Assembly (NCBI RefSeq): GCF_006345805.1
Contig: NC_043008.1
Location: 4,712,001-4,776,000 of the forward strand
Length of the DNA: 64,000 nucleotides
From: Octopus sinensis
Lineage: Eukaryota
Direction: 5' to 3'
Position 1 is the first letter of the stretch, and each line of letters opens with the position of its first letter. The notes below the pieces were generated by a model. It did not search any database. It was not told the origin of the DNA and saw nothing but the letters and a program-made list of their open reading frames with translations. Of the stretch, positions 13,047 through 26,530 are shown piece after piece. Both the position numbers and the translations under genes were made by a program.

Positions 13047-14854
13047 TGATGTGTGTGTGTGTGCATGTGTACGCATACATATGCTTATGTGGCATAGGCA
13101 TGCTTGAGTGGTTAAGGTGTTTGCTTTTCAATCACGATATATGTCTTATACATTAATTTCAGTTTAAACAGTTTTGGGGAAGTGGTATTTGATTAAGCAT
13201 AAATTGTGTGCTCCTCCCATCATACTTCACAACACTTCACTTACAGTAATCATCCTCTATCATATCCTCCCTCTCAGTCGAGAAAGCTCTTTAGTCCTGC
13301 AAGATACAGGATAACCTCACTAATGCTGGTGCCACAGAAAAAAAAGCACACAGTACACTCTGTAAAGCAGTTGGCCTTAAGAAATGTATCCAACTACAGA
13401 AACCATAGAAACTGATTCACTAGAACAAGACATTGTTCTCTGGACTGTTGGATCCTGTCAAAATGTCCAACCCATGCCAGGATGGGAAGAAGTCATAAAA
13501 ATGATGCTGATGATGATGTGTGCATACACGTGAGTATTTTACTGATGTATTCCAGCTAAAGATTTGAACATTAATAAGAAAATCAAAAAATCAGTACTTT
13601 TTGAACAATGTTCCTTGTGATACATGTTCAGCACTGAGTCACACAGACACTCCATTGTCTATCTTGGTGTCAAAAATAGTGAACCAAAGATCTACTATTG
13701 GAAACGTGCTGCCAACAACACTATTGTTCACCAAATGTGATACAGTAATATAAAAAATTTTTTAAATAGACAACTAAGCTGATATGAACATATAATGGCA
13801 AGGAAATATCAAAAGTGCAATAAGTTGATAATGGAAAATATTCATTAAATACATAAGATATAAGAAAATAGATTTTAAGAATTGTCAAGAGAAAGAGAAA
13901 TTGAAATAACATTAGTCATTGATTAATGTTGTTGCTTCCCCCCCCCTCCCCGCTACATAATTATTTCTTGTCAGTTTTTTTTTTTTAATTGCTCCCAAGA
14001 TTAAATATGATAACATTAACGTAGCTATTGTTTTTCCTGAATAGGGAGTTATTTATTCTCTAAACCATTCTATATTTCTGTACTAATTAGTGTACAATAT
14101 TATTGTACATTCATTAAATGAATATTACTTTGGGAAGTACAGTGATGTCCATCGTTAGCTGATGATGTCAATAACGCCAAAACATGTACTCGATGAAATA
14201 ATTAAAATAATATTATTAGCCACTGACAAATATATTTTCTCCCTTCACCAAAGGATTAGTTCTAGACTGCTGTTTAATGTTCCACTCATTGAATATATTA
14301 ATATTAATTTGTTAACTTAGCTGTAAGAACTTTGAGATTGACAGATGAAATTACATAGGTTTATCGCATGTGGAGAAATAGTGCACTGTAGATTTTTCAA
14401 ACACATACAAACATATAGAAAACAAGCACTAAATTTATGACAGTGGTGATGTCGATGATGATGATGATGATGATGATGACAGTGATGATGACAACAACAA
14501 TAATAATTGTCTTTCCAAGTGCATGATATTAATTTAAAAATGAGATTAGAAAATTTGGTTTGTTCCATTGAAGAATTTATTATCTGCCCTTAAAGGAAAC
14601 AACATAGTAACAATACTTCCTCCTGGGTCTCAGTTCTTTTATCACAGTTATATTTGCAATAATCTTTAGACTATTTATTATATTCTTACATTTTTCTATC
14701 TTCGTTCTCATTTTTTTTGTTTTTCATTTTCTTAATTTTATTTCTCTTTTAACTAATTATATTTAATTTTTTTCATTCTTTTCTTTATTAATTTTTACTA
14801 ACAGTTTTCTTTGTTTTACATATATATATGTACGTATATGTATATATATGTATA

Positions 14855-14907
<53 letters not shown>

Positions 14908-15308
14908 ATATATATGTATATATATATATGTATATATATATATTTATATATATATATTCATCATTTTTGTTGTAGTCCAAGACTTGCCAAGCTATGGAAT
15001 TATTTAAGTAATTTACGGAAAATAATGAGATCATGCAAAAGCTGGCCTACAGCAGTCAATCTTTCACCATATATATTCATAGTTGTTGAATATATTCTAT
15101 TATTATCACATTTCTTTATTTCCTTTTTCTTTTTTTCTTTTTTTCTTTTTTTCTTTTTTTCTTTTTTTTTTATTATCATACTGGTACAATTGCCTGAGAA
15201 TAATTTGAGTTTCAAAGAAATATGTTCTTGGAATTATATTATGATTTTGTTACTTGATTTCAAAATGCCAGTTTAATTTTGAAGATTTCTTTTTTAAAAC
15301 TGAAATAA

Positions 15309-15325
15309 TATTATTATCATTATTG

Positions 15326-15381
<56 letters not shown>

Positions 15382-15400
15382 GTTATTATTATTATTATTA
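15309..15400. repeat. (ATT)n microsatellite
   Basis: Direct reading of the sequence. Confidence 0.95.
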
Positions 15401-15924
15401 ATATTAAAATAGTAATAAAATTACTCATATGGAAATTATTATAGGAAGATAATTGAATAGTATAGAAATACAGCAAGTGTATATTGAAAAGATATTGGAA
15501 CCAATATAAAATATATACAAGTCGTTTCGGTTTAATTTAAAGTGTTATTAATATTTTAACCCTAACAACTGAAGCCCATGGTTTTAATAAATACTTAATT
15601 TTGTACTTTGAGTGATTTCACTATTTCAGAAAGTCAAATACTAGATCTCACCTAATCTCAACCAGACCGAGACTAAAAATTGATGGCCTGAGATCAAAGC
15701 CATTCCTTGTCTACCCTAATTGGACAATGGTCAGAAGTTATTACTATTCGATAGGTGTGGTAAAAAAAAATAGGTTTCATTTCTGCTGAGAGTTAAGCAA
15801 TCATGTCCTATCTTATGACCAGTGAATTGAGAAGGGAGCCTCTATGTGGATACTTGGCTTCCTAGAAATAGCAGGCAAATTAACTTTTAAAAAACAACTT
15901 TCATCCTTTTGTTGGGATCTTTAT

Positions 15925-15995
<71 letters not shown>

Positions 15996-16477
15996 GTCTA
16001 TCTATCTATATTTCTTTATCTATCTCTCCCTCTCCCTTTCTGAAGCAGAGGAGGGGGAGGAGGAAAACAGACATCTAATCTAAACCATTGGACTTTCCTT
16101 CCTCACAACACAACTTTCTGTCCTTTGAATTATTCGAAAGACATAACTTTCACCTGTTTCAACTCTTTGCAAACACATCCATAGTTAACCCAGATTCTTC
16201 TCTTTTGCTATCATCAAAAGTGTTCCTAGATTTCTTCCTCTTAAATTTATCTCTCACAATCAAAGAGCTAAAGACTGCTCCCATCAAAACATCATCGGCA
16301 TTAATGTCCTCTTTCCAGGTTGGCATGGGTTTAACAGGAGCTGGCAAGTCAGAAGACTGGGCTAAGCCCTACTGCCTGCCTGATGCCCTTGCTCGTGCCA
16401 ATAACTTTACAGAGTGTACTACGTGCTTTTTTATGTGACACCAGGACCAAGACACTCAAAATAAATGTTTAAATATT

Positions 16478-16778
16478 GGAGAAGTTCTTAAGCAGATAAG
16501 GCCGAAAATGTCGCTAGAAGCTGGGATAACCAAGCGTAGATTGGCATATTTCAGTCATATTATGCGGAGAGAATCCCTGGAGAAGGACATCATGCTCGGA
16601 ATGGTCAGTGGCAAGAGAGGAAGAGGCCGACCAAGAACTCGCTGGCTTGACACCATCAGGAGTGATACCGGAATAGACATGGCCAGTCTGAAGGAAGCAG
16701 CCCAGGATAGAACTGACTGGAGGACACTGATCCAACGAGTGACCGAGAGTCGACTTCGACTGAGCGGATAGAGAGAGA
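16478..16778 (+). mobile_element. 5'-truncated RTE/BovB-like LINE 3' end, little decayed
   Basis: RLAYFSHIMRRESLEKDIMLGMVSGKRGRGRPRTRWLD...AQDRTDWR...VTESRLRL*, followed by a short (AG)n tail. Confidence 0.88.
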
Positions 16779-19603
16779 TTTGAGATGAGTTGTTATTAAT
16801 AAAACTATATATTTTCTAATGATTAACCTTGACTTTAAAGATAACAGATGAAGTTAATAGTCAGAAAAAAAAAATCATAATTGTATAAACTCATAGATTG
16901 AATTTCTAACTTAAATTCACTATCTGCTTGTTACTGTTGTTAGGTCCTACATCAAACCTGATTGAGCAGACTTATCATCAAAGAGACGTGCGTGTGTGTG
17001 TGTAACTCTACACTTGTAAAAATCAGTGGATAAATAAAAGAGTTCCTTACTTAAAGAATAAGTAAAGGTTGACAAAAGGGAGTGCATTGGACCATAACAT
17101 ATTGCCTCAATAAATCTTCCTCCAGCATGGAAAAACAGACAAGAAATAAATGACATTTATCCCTAACTCATTTCAGTTATTGGACTGCAGCTATGCTGGG
17201 GCTCTGCTTTGAAGGGATCAGCTGAATAAATCAACCCCAGTATTTATTCTAACAGTTATAGGGATGTGAACAAATGAACACTAGTTGTCAAGTGATGGTG
17301 GAAGCAAAAACAAAGATACACACTCATAAACACATGTACATGTACATAGATATCTACACACACTCACATACACACATATATGTGTGTGTGAGAGTGCATA
17401 GATATTTATACAGTTATATACATACGCACACAATTGGCTTCCACACAGTTTCCATCTACTAAATGCACTCACAGGGCATTGGTCAGCCCATGGACAGAGT
17501 AGAAAACACTTGCCCAAGATGCTGAGCAGTGATATTGAACCTAAGACCACATGGTTGCAAATCAAGTTTCTTAACCACGTGGCTATACCTGAGACTGAAT
17601 CACTTGTTGTTACTGTTGTTGTTCTTCTTATTTTATTGTGCTCGACTTCTGTCTAAAAACATGGCAGGTTTAACAGTTCTCCACTTGTGTAGTGTTTAGA
17701 AAACGATATGCCTATAAAAAGAAATGCTTTCCAGCTTCTTTCTGAAGATAATGGTTCTTTCACTCTGCATTCCATGTTTGGATATCATAATGTCCCAGGC
17801 AAGTCTTTTAAATGACCATTGCTCACTGACACTAAGGAAAGATGGAATCGATTTTTAAAAGGCAGGTATTGCTTTTTGAAATCCTAGACAGGTGAAAGGT
17901 AAGGCCCATACCAATGAGATCTGAAGGTCATAAAGCAGAAAGATGAAACTTAATGCTCAATGTAAGGCATTTAGATGGGTGCTTTATTGGATCTGAAAAT
18001 GTTTCTTCTCTCTCTCTTCCTCTCTTTCTCTCTCACTCTCTCCTGGTATTCCCACTGACAAGGTATTAACATATAAGCATATATATAAATTAATAAATAC
18101 ATATACATACATTTATGTATATGTATGCGTGTCATCATCATCATCATCATCGTTTAACGTCCACTTTCCATGCTAGCATGGGTTGGATGATTTTACTGTG
18201 GACTAGCAAACCAGATGGCTGCACCAGACTCCAATCTGATCTGGGAGAGTTTCTACAGCTGGATGCCCTTCCTAACGCCAACCACTCTGAAAGTATAGTG
18301 GGTGCTTTTACGTGCCACCAGCATGAGGGCCAGTCAAGCAGTACTGGCAACAGCTTTGCTCAAATGGTGTTTTTTACATGTCACCTGCACAGGAGCCAGT
18401 CCAGCAGCACTAGCAACGACCTAGCTTGAATGTTTTTTCCCGTGCCACCAGCACAAGTGCCAGTAAAGCAACACAGGCAACAATCACACTCAAATGGTGC
18501 TTTTTACATGCCAATGGCATGGAGGCCAGTTTGTTGCACTGGCAACGATCTCACTCGTATGGTACTCTGAGCGCTCCATTAGCACGGATGCCAGTCATCG
18601 AATTTGATTTTGATTTCACTTGCCTCAACAGGTCTTTGAAAGCAAGGGAAAGGTACGCATAAGGGGGCTGGTTACACCCCTGGCATAGGCCACGAGGTTA
18701 TGGTCTCACTTGGGCTTGCCATATATATATATATCTTATAAATACAAATTGAGATAGGGGTTGTAAATGCAACCCACCATGGGATACCATATATCCAATA
18801 TACTGCTAGTGAGGTACCCAACAAAGTTAATCTTATATATATATATCTTATATATATTTATCTTTTATATATATATCATATATATATATTTATTTATTTT
18901 ATATATATATATTTATTTTATATATATACACACTGATATATATTTTCATATACTTACATGCATATATATGCATACATACATATTTATATAGTCACATACA
19001 CACACACAAACATGCATATATAAACATAGTTCTTGACATTTTAAATGCAAAAATATTCACATGGATATAAAATTTAATGTTATTTTCTTTTTTAATTTTA
19101 AATATTTTAATAAGTCTGTATCTTAATTTATTGGCATTTCAATATAAAATATACTGAAAATACAAGTAAACAACTTTATTACCTCCCTTCCTGCCTCCCC
19201 TCTAACAACGACTCCTCCTACCACCACCACCCCTGCCAGATATTCATGAGAAAATATTCCAACTGACGACTATTTGCTCTCTGAAATCCGAAGAAGATTT
19301 ATTTACATTAATTTCCCCTTCTTTATCATTTTTTTCTTCTTGTAAATTCCTTTGCTGCAGTTAGTCCAGTAAATTGATTTGCTGAGTAACAAAAACAAAC
19401 TCACAAACAAACAAAAGCAGCAACTAATAGACATAACAAACAAATTCCAAAAGAAACAGAATCATTTCAAGACATGGTCGTTATTATTTGATTGGATATG
19501 AGGAAACTGCAGTCTATATATGTATCTAGGTATGCATATGCATATCTGTGTGTGTGTGCATGCATATATATATAGCTGTGTATATGCATATATACATATA
19601 TAT

Positions 19604-19765
19604 AGGCACAGGAGTGACTGTGTGGAGAGAAGCTTGCAACCCAACCACATGCTTCTGTGTTCAGTCCCACTGCATGGCATCTTGGGCAAGTGCCTTCTAC
19701 TATAGCCTCAGGCTGACCAAAGCCTTGTGAGTGAATGTGGTAGACAGAAACTGAAAGAAGCCCAG
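19604..19765 (+). mobile_element. tRNA-headed SINE family (ttcagtcccactgc..ttgggcaagtg..agacagaaactgaaagaagccc), representative copy
   Basis: Related copies at about 9870-10025(-), 17430-17590(-), 21560-21690, 27525-27675, 36240-36363(-), 39930-40085, 52870-53015 and 63424-63580. Confidence 0.8.
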
Positions 19766-19792
19766 TGTGTATGTATATATATATATATATAT

Positions 19793-21357
19793 CTGGAGGT
19801 CTTAGAAGACAACTGGAGGTCTCTAAGGGACAACCTGCTGAGAGCCACTGACCAGATCTGTGGCTGGTGCAAAGTCCCCTCTCAACCCAAAATAATGTGG
19901 TGGTGGAACAATGTTGTTGACGGGGCTATTAGAGAAAAGAGACAGGCTTGGAAGGATTGGAGAAATGGTGGTAGCAGGGAATTGTATCAGACTACCAAAA
20001 GAGAAGCTAGGAGACAGGTTTATTTAGCCAGAGGGGAAGCAGATAAGAAAAAATTTGCCAATGTTCTGCACCATGAGGACCAAAGACTTGAGGCATTTCG
20101 TGTTGCAAGACAGTGTGTGAGAGAGAATCGTGAGGTGGTAGGAGAGAAATGTGTTCACATGGATGATGGCTCATTTTCACTGAATGAGGATGCAAAGAGA
20201 GAGGTTTGGAAACACCATTATGAGAGGCTGCTAAATAAGGAAAATGAATGGGATAAAGAGAGTCTGCTGAATGTCGACCCAACAGAGGGACCAGCTATCC
20301 GAGTTGACAGTTCCTTAGTAGTTAAGGCAATTAGAAGCATGAAGACAGGGAAAGCCCCAGGCCCATTAGGAATTACTGCAGAGATGCTTAAAATATCTGG
20401 TAGTGTCGGCTATAGCCTAGTCACCCATATAGTTAACCAGGTGATACACGAAGGAGTCATACCCAATGACTGGTGTAGCAGCATAATAGTCAACTGCTAC
20501 AAAGGTAAAGGTGACGTTTTAGATACAAATAATTACAGAGGTATCAAGCTTTTGGATCAGGTAATGAAGGTTACGGAGAGGGTCATAGCCCAACTGATTA
20601 GGGAGAGAGTCATTTTGGATGAGATGCAGTTTGGTTTTGTGCCAGGGAAAAGCACCACTGATGCCATATTTCTGGTGAGACAGCTGCAGGAGAAATACCT
20701 AGCCAAAGATAAGCCCCTGTACCTGGCTTTCGTTGACATGGGGAAAGCCTTTGACAGGGTCCCCCAATCCCTTATCTGGTGGTCAATGAGGAAACTAGGG
20801 ATAAATGAATGGTTAGTGAGAGCTGTGCAAGCCATGTACAGAGACGCTGTAAGTAAGGTGAGGGTTGGCAACGAGTACACTAAAGAATTCAGGGTAGAGG
20901 TAGGGGTCCACCAAGGTTCAGTCCTCAGCCCCCTCCATTTAACATAGTCCTCCAGGCAATAATGGACGAATTCAAGACAGGATGCCCCTGGGAGCACCTA
21001 TATGCTGATGACCTTGCTCTAATTGCTGAGTCACTATCAGAACTAGAGGCAAAGTTTCAAGTGTGGAGACAAGGATTAGAATCGAAGGGCCTTAAAATCA
21101 ACCTAGCTAAAACCAAAGTCCTAATATGTAGGAAGGAAGGCAAATCACAAACGCCTTCAGGTAGATGGCCCTGCTCGATCTGTAGAAAAGGCGTAGGTAG
21201 AAACTCTATAAGATGCACAAAGTGTAAGCTATGGACACATAAGAGGTGCAGCAATGTCAAAGGAAGGCTAACTAGGAAGATAGTTTTTGTACGTGGCAGA
21301 TGCTTAGGAGCAATAAACACTGAAAATGCTCAGAGACCAACGTCCGCCACATTCCAG
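19793..21357 (+). mobile_element. RTE-clade LINE fragment: pre-RT region, reverse transcriptase and a Cys/His finger; one frameshift near 20940
   Basis: ORFs 19727-20947 and 20962-21438: WWWN, KAPG, KGKGD..NYRGIKLL, QFGF.PGKSTTDAIF, AFVD..KAFDRVP, GVHQGSVLSP, YADDL. Confidence 0.93.
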
Positions 21358-23169
21358 ACTCAAATGGCCAGAGGAGATGTTATGTGCCTCTGGCCATTTG
21401 TCTCACGAGTCACCTATACATTGAAGTGCTTCTGCTAAATTAGTGTGGGCGTGTGTGTATGCATATATATATGTACTGTATGTATGTGTGTATGTGTGTA
21501 CGTATGTATGATGGTTGTCTGCTCAATATAAAACTTGAGGATCTTGAAATGTAAGAAATTTGCTTACCAAATACATGGTTCTTGGTTCAGTCCTACTGTG
21601 TAGTACCCTGGGCAAGTGTCTTCTACCATAATCTTAGGCTGACCAAAGCTTTAAGAGTGGATTTTGTAGACAAAAACTGAAAGAATTTCATCATGGGTAT
21701 ATACATATGTGTGTGTGTGTGTGTGTTGTGTCAAAACCAGGCAATTTCCTTTTGCATAACCATTCACTACCTCTTGAATCTTTATTGACTTTTTGCAGTA
21801 TTTCACTTCTGCCAAAAGCCACAACAAACCATCAAGGTAGACACTAAAGTCCATAACCATCTCCAATCTATCACTTACAGTTGAACAAAGTGCTGCACAC
21901 ATCTGGTGCTTTTATTAGTTATGTGGGCCTTAGAAAACCTTTTCTTCAACTTGTTTCTGAAAAGTTTTTGTCAGGATGAATGATGAGACTACAAGGAAAT
22001 GACACTTTTGTTACCGATGAAGATATATCTTGGAATGCATTTTTTGATAATAATTATTCAGCTTCCAAATTACAGAGACTTCTGGGACACGAATTCATCT
22101 GTCTGAGACAGGAAATTGATAGCAGAAATTAAATCAGTTTACCTGTATTCAACCTACCTGGGCAGGTGACAGTGATATGACAACAGGTAAACATAAACAG
22201 CAAGAAGTAAAACCCCCCGACCTTCACAATGTACACTAACAACCATTACATCCTATCACCAAGTTTCATCCAAATTCATGCAACTGTTATATTATGATTT
22301 TTATACTAGAATAGTTGCATTTCATTAAAAGCCCTAGTTTCTAACAGGGAGATTTATATAGAGAAAGCCCCACAGGAATTTAATGGTTTAATTCCAGATG
22401 AAACTTTGCCCTGACATTGCCAGTCTATTTTCAGTTTAACATTCTGAAGTAGTTGGCATTAGGAAGGGCATCCAGCTGTAGAAACATTGGCAAAGCAGAC
22501 ATTGGAACTAGTGCAGTCCTCTGGATCATCAGTTCATGTAGAACCCTCCGAACCATGCCAGCATGAAAAAGAGATGTTAAATGATGATGATGATGATGAA
22601 ATTGGTTTCAATGCATTTAGCATTTCCAATAACAATAAGCATTCAAGAGATTTACTTCTTTTCTTCATAAACCAGAATTTTCTCACAAATAATTGTATAT
22701 AGCTCCTTCAAGGGTACACTCATTTCTTAATATGAACATAAAAATAATATATAACAAGTCACATGATTGATATGTAACAAGTGTATAACAAGTCTCTTCA
22801 AGACTGCACTTTAGGTATAATCTATATGCAGTTATACCATCTCCAGAATAAAAATCTTCAGAAAAAAAAACTACATCCTCAAAAGAAATTATGTATTCTA
22901 TAATAAAACTTGAAATGCATATATTTCCAACAATCTTGTGGTTACAAAGTTTGTTTCACAACCACATCATTTCAGGTTTGATCTCAGTGTGTGACACCTT
23001 TGGAAAATGCTTTGGGATAATGAATACCTTGTAGGTGAAATTATATATATATATATATATGCATGCACCCACACTTCATTAATTGTAGTTAAATGAAGAA
23101 GACACTTTTCAAATTAGTACTCAAGGTATTTAACATAAAGCAAATATTGAATTTATCTATCTATCCATT

Positions 23170-23224
<55 letters not shown>

Positions 23225-23226
23225 TA

Positions 23227-23602
23227 GGCACAATGGCCTAGTGGTTAAGGCTGTAGACTCACAGTCATAGGATCGCGGTTTTGATTGCCAGACCGGGCGT
23301 TGTGAGTGTTATTTTAGCAAAACCACCTAAAGCTCCACGAGGCTTTGGCGGTGGTGGGGGGGGATCTTGTACTCTTTCACCACAACTTTCTCACACTCTT
23401 TCTTCCTGTTTCTGTTGTACCTGTATTTCAAAGGGCCTGCCCTGTCACACTCTGTGTCATGCTGAATCTCCCCAAGAATTACATTAAGGGTACACATGTC
23501 TGTGGAGTGCTCAGCCACTCGCTCATTAATTTCACAAGCACAGGCTGTTCCATTGATCGGATCAACTGGGATCCTTGTCATCACAACTGACAGAGTGCCA
23601 CA
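23227..23602 (+). mobile_element. tRNA-headed SINE, representative copy
   Basis: A-box-like tggcctagtgg and B-box-like ttgattgcc head, shared body gctgaatctccc..gggtacacatgtctgtggagtgctcagccact; related copies at 26785-27090, 27097-27470 and 59617-59935. Confidence 0.85.
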
Positions 23603-23603
23603 T

Positions 23604-23650
<47 letters not shown>

Positions 23651-25760
23651 TTTAATTATCACAGTCCAGCCATTTAACCAAAGGACTTGTTAAGTGGGAC
23701 ATCTTTATTTTCTTAGTGTTATTTACAGATCAGGAGTGCATGTCTCAACAAAGTCAAACCAGCATGCAATAATTAAAGCCACCAAAAACAGAGAAATTGC
23801 AAAGAATTTTGGGATACATTAATACTAAAATATATTCCCAAAATCAAAACAAATGAGAAATTATATTCCAATTGCTTCTCTCTTGTATTGTCAAAATGTG
23901 TGGCAATCAAGATGGTCCAGAAAGATTGATCCAAATTAAATATGAAAATAATGACTATTATATTATTGGAGTTACCAAAAAATGATGATATATTGCAGCA
24001 ATAAGGCTGGTGAATAGTGATAAAATGGTGAATAGTGATAAAATAGTGGTAAAATGCATTCCAATCTCACAATATTCCAATATTAGATAGAAATAATTTA
24101 ACCTGATTATCTACATTAAAATATAGGATTAAGAATTAATATCTGATTCCATGCTAATATATTATATTTAATATTATATATGTAATTCAAAATCATTTAT
24201 GATTGAGAGGTACTCAGTACAATGTTGACTGTTAAGATAAATTAGATCCAAGAGAAAACTATGGTGTTGTTAATATATTTCTTATTAATATTTGGCAGGA
24301 GTAACAGTGTGACTCATGGAACCAGAGTTTCATGCATTATCACGTATCAAACTTTAATAATTGCTAACACACAAAACTCTTGTCTCTCAAGTCACTCTAC
24401 TACTTCTGCCATAGATTAATAAAATATATATTTTACATTCGAGCGAGGTCGTTGCCAGTGCCACTGGATTGGCTCCTGTGCAAGTGGCATGTAAAAAACA
24501 CCATTTGAGTGTGGCCGTTGCCAGTACTGCCTGGCTGGCCCTCTTGCCAGTGGCACATAAAAGCACCCACTACACTCTCGGAGTGGTTGGTGTTAAGAAG
24601 GGCATCCAGCTGTAGAAACTCTGCAAAATCAGATTGGAGTCTGGTGCAGCCATCTGGTTAGCCAGTCCTCAGTCAAATCGTCCAACCCATGCCAGCATGG
24701 AAAGTGGACGTTAAACAATGACGATGATGATGATATTCATGTTTTGAGTCATATTTTTCCAGTTTGCCTCACCAAACCATTGGATGACTGAAACAAAACA
24801 AAAAGAATAAAAGAATAGAAATTATGCAACACAGCAATGAAAAATGAGAAATCCACAAAATAACATAAAATTATAATAATTCAACAAGGTGGTAACAGAA
24901 GTTTGAAATGAGGTTACAATGTAAATAATATAAAAATATGAGGTAATGATAACTCTCTAAACCACATGATAATATAAGTTGGAAACGAGATTATATTGTG
25001 AATGACAGATTGAAATAATAATAATAATAATCTAGTGTTAACCGGTAAGACAGTGTGAAATGATAAGAGAGTGTGAACAAGTAAGATAGTGTGAAATGAT
25101 TCTGTTGCATAGTAGTGTTAAATGCTAAAATAAAAGAGCATGATAATCGGATGATATACAATGTAAAAGATACAGAGATTAAGGGATAGGCAAGAACTAT
25201 AAACGTTAAGAAAATTCAAGATGGAATTGTGTCCAATTGAAAGTCAGTAACTAGTATCTTTTGGTTCTGTCATTTCTTGAGTTGAAAAAATGTTTTTGAA
25301 ATTCATTTACATCATATATACTTTATACTGGTATCCTGCAAACTTGGAGTTTTTTTTCTTTTTTTACTTAGAAGTGGATACAAGCTGCTTCCTCCGACAT
25401 AGATTGCACTGTGTTCCTTTACCTCTGTAGGATAATGGCTTAGCCAAGTTTTTTCCTCTGTAGGTTGTATCCTATGTCAGTAGCCTTCAACTCCCAGCAA
25501 TAACTTGATAGAGCTGTTGTATTCCTCCTGGGGGGCGCGGGGGTTCATAGAAGAGCTAGTTTTAAGATTGCACTGGTATACAAAGGCTTTTTTCTTGGTA
25601 ATGGGTCAAACTCTGGATCAATACAACTGCAACCAGATCGGTATTTCTTGTATTATTGGTTTTATTACAAGATCTGTTACCATCTGTATCTATTTCACTT
25701 AGCTACATCTGCTGAAGCAATATTTTCAGAGTTGAGTAATAGCATTGTGCATGTTTGTTT

Positions 25761-26130
25761 GTATGTATGTATGTATGTATGTATGTATGTATGTATGTAT
25801 GTATGTATGTATGTATGTATGTATGTATGCATGTGTGTATGTGTGTATGTATGTATGTATGTATGTATGTATGTATGTATGTATGTACGTATGTATGTAC
25901 GTACGTATGTATGTATGTACGTACGTACATGTGTATGTATGTATGTGTGTATGTATGTATGTATGCATGTATGTATGTATGCATGTATGTATGTATGTAT
26001 GTATGTATGTATGTACGTACGTACGTACGTACGTACGTATGTATGTGTGTATGTATGTATGTATGTGTGTATGTATGTATATACTTGTGTGTTTGTGCAT
26101 GCATGTATATATGTATGCATGTATGTGTGT
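25761..26130. repeat. Compound (TATG)n/(TACG)n microsatellite
   Basis: Direct reading of the sequence. Confidence 0.97.
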
Positions 26131-26463
26131 TTGTTTCATATGTTTGTCTGTGTGCACACATTCGCAATTAGTTGTGTGTTTGATGAGTACATGTCTTATC
26201 AGTGTGTCTAAGTGTAGTGTTTGTATGCATGTGATTTCGTCATGTTTGTTAATATGTTTGTGTGTTTGTTGTACATATACATGACTTTTGATTGTGTTTC
26301 CATGAAGGAGATATAAAATTATTTTCTTATATTGATTAAATAAGGAACAAAATATTCTTCCACCTTGAAGGTTTCAGGGCCCAGAAAAGGACTGGAAGAG
26401 ATTTTTGTGTGACAGGGGTCTGTTTTTGCAAACCTTTGTTGCATGCTCAAACAAAACTACAGA

Positions 26464-26530
<67 letters not shown>

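Noticed and set aside
25648-26284. Several long ORFs (MYVC/HTYI repeats)
   Set aside because: Translations of a tetranucleotide microsatellite; the same applies to the YI, HT, LS/ER and poly-I ORFs across the window.
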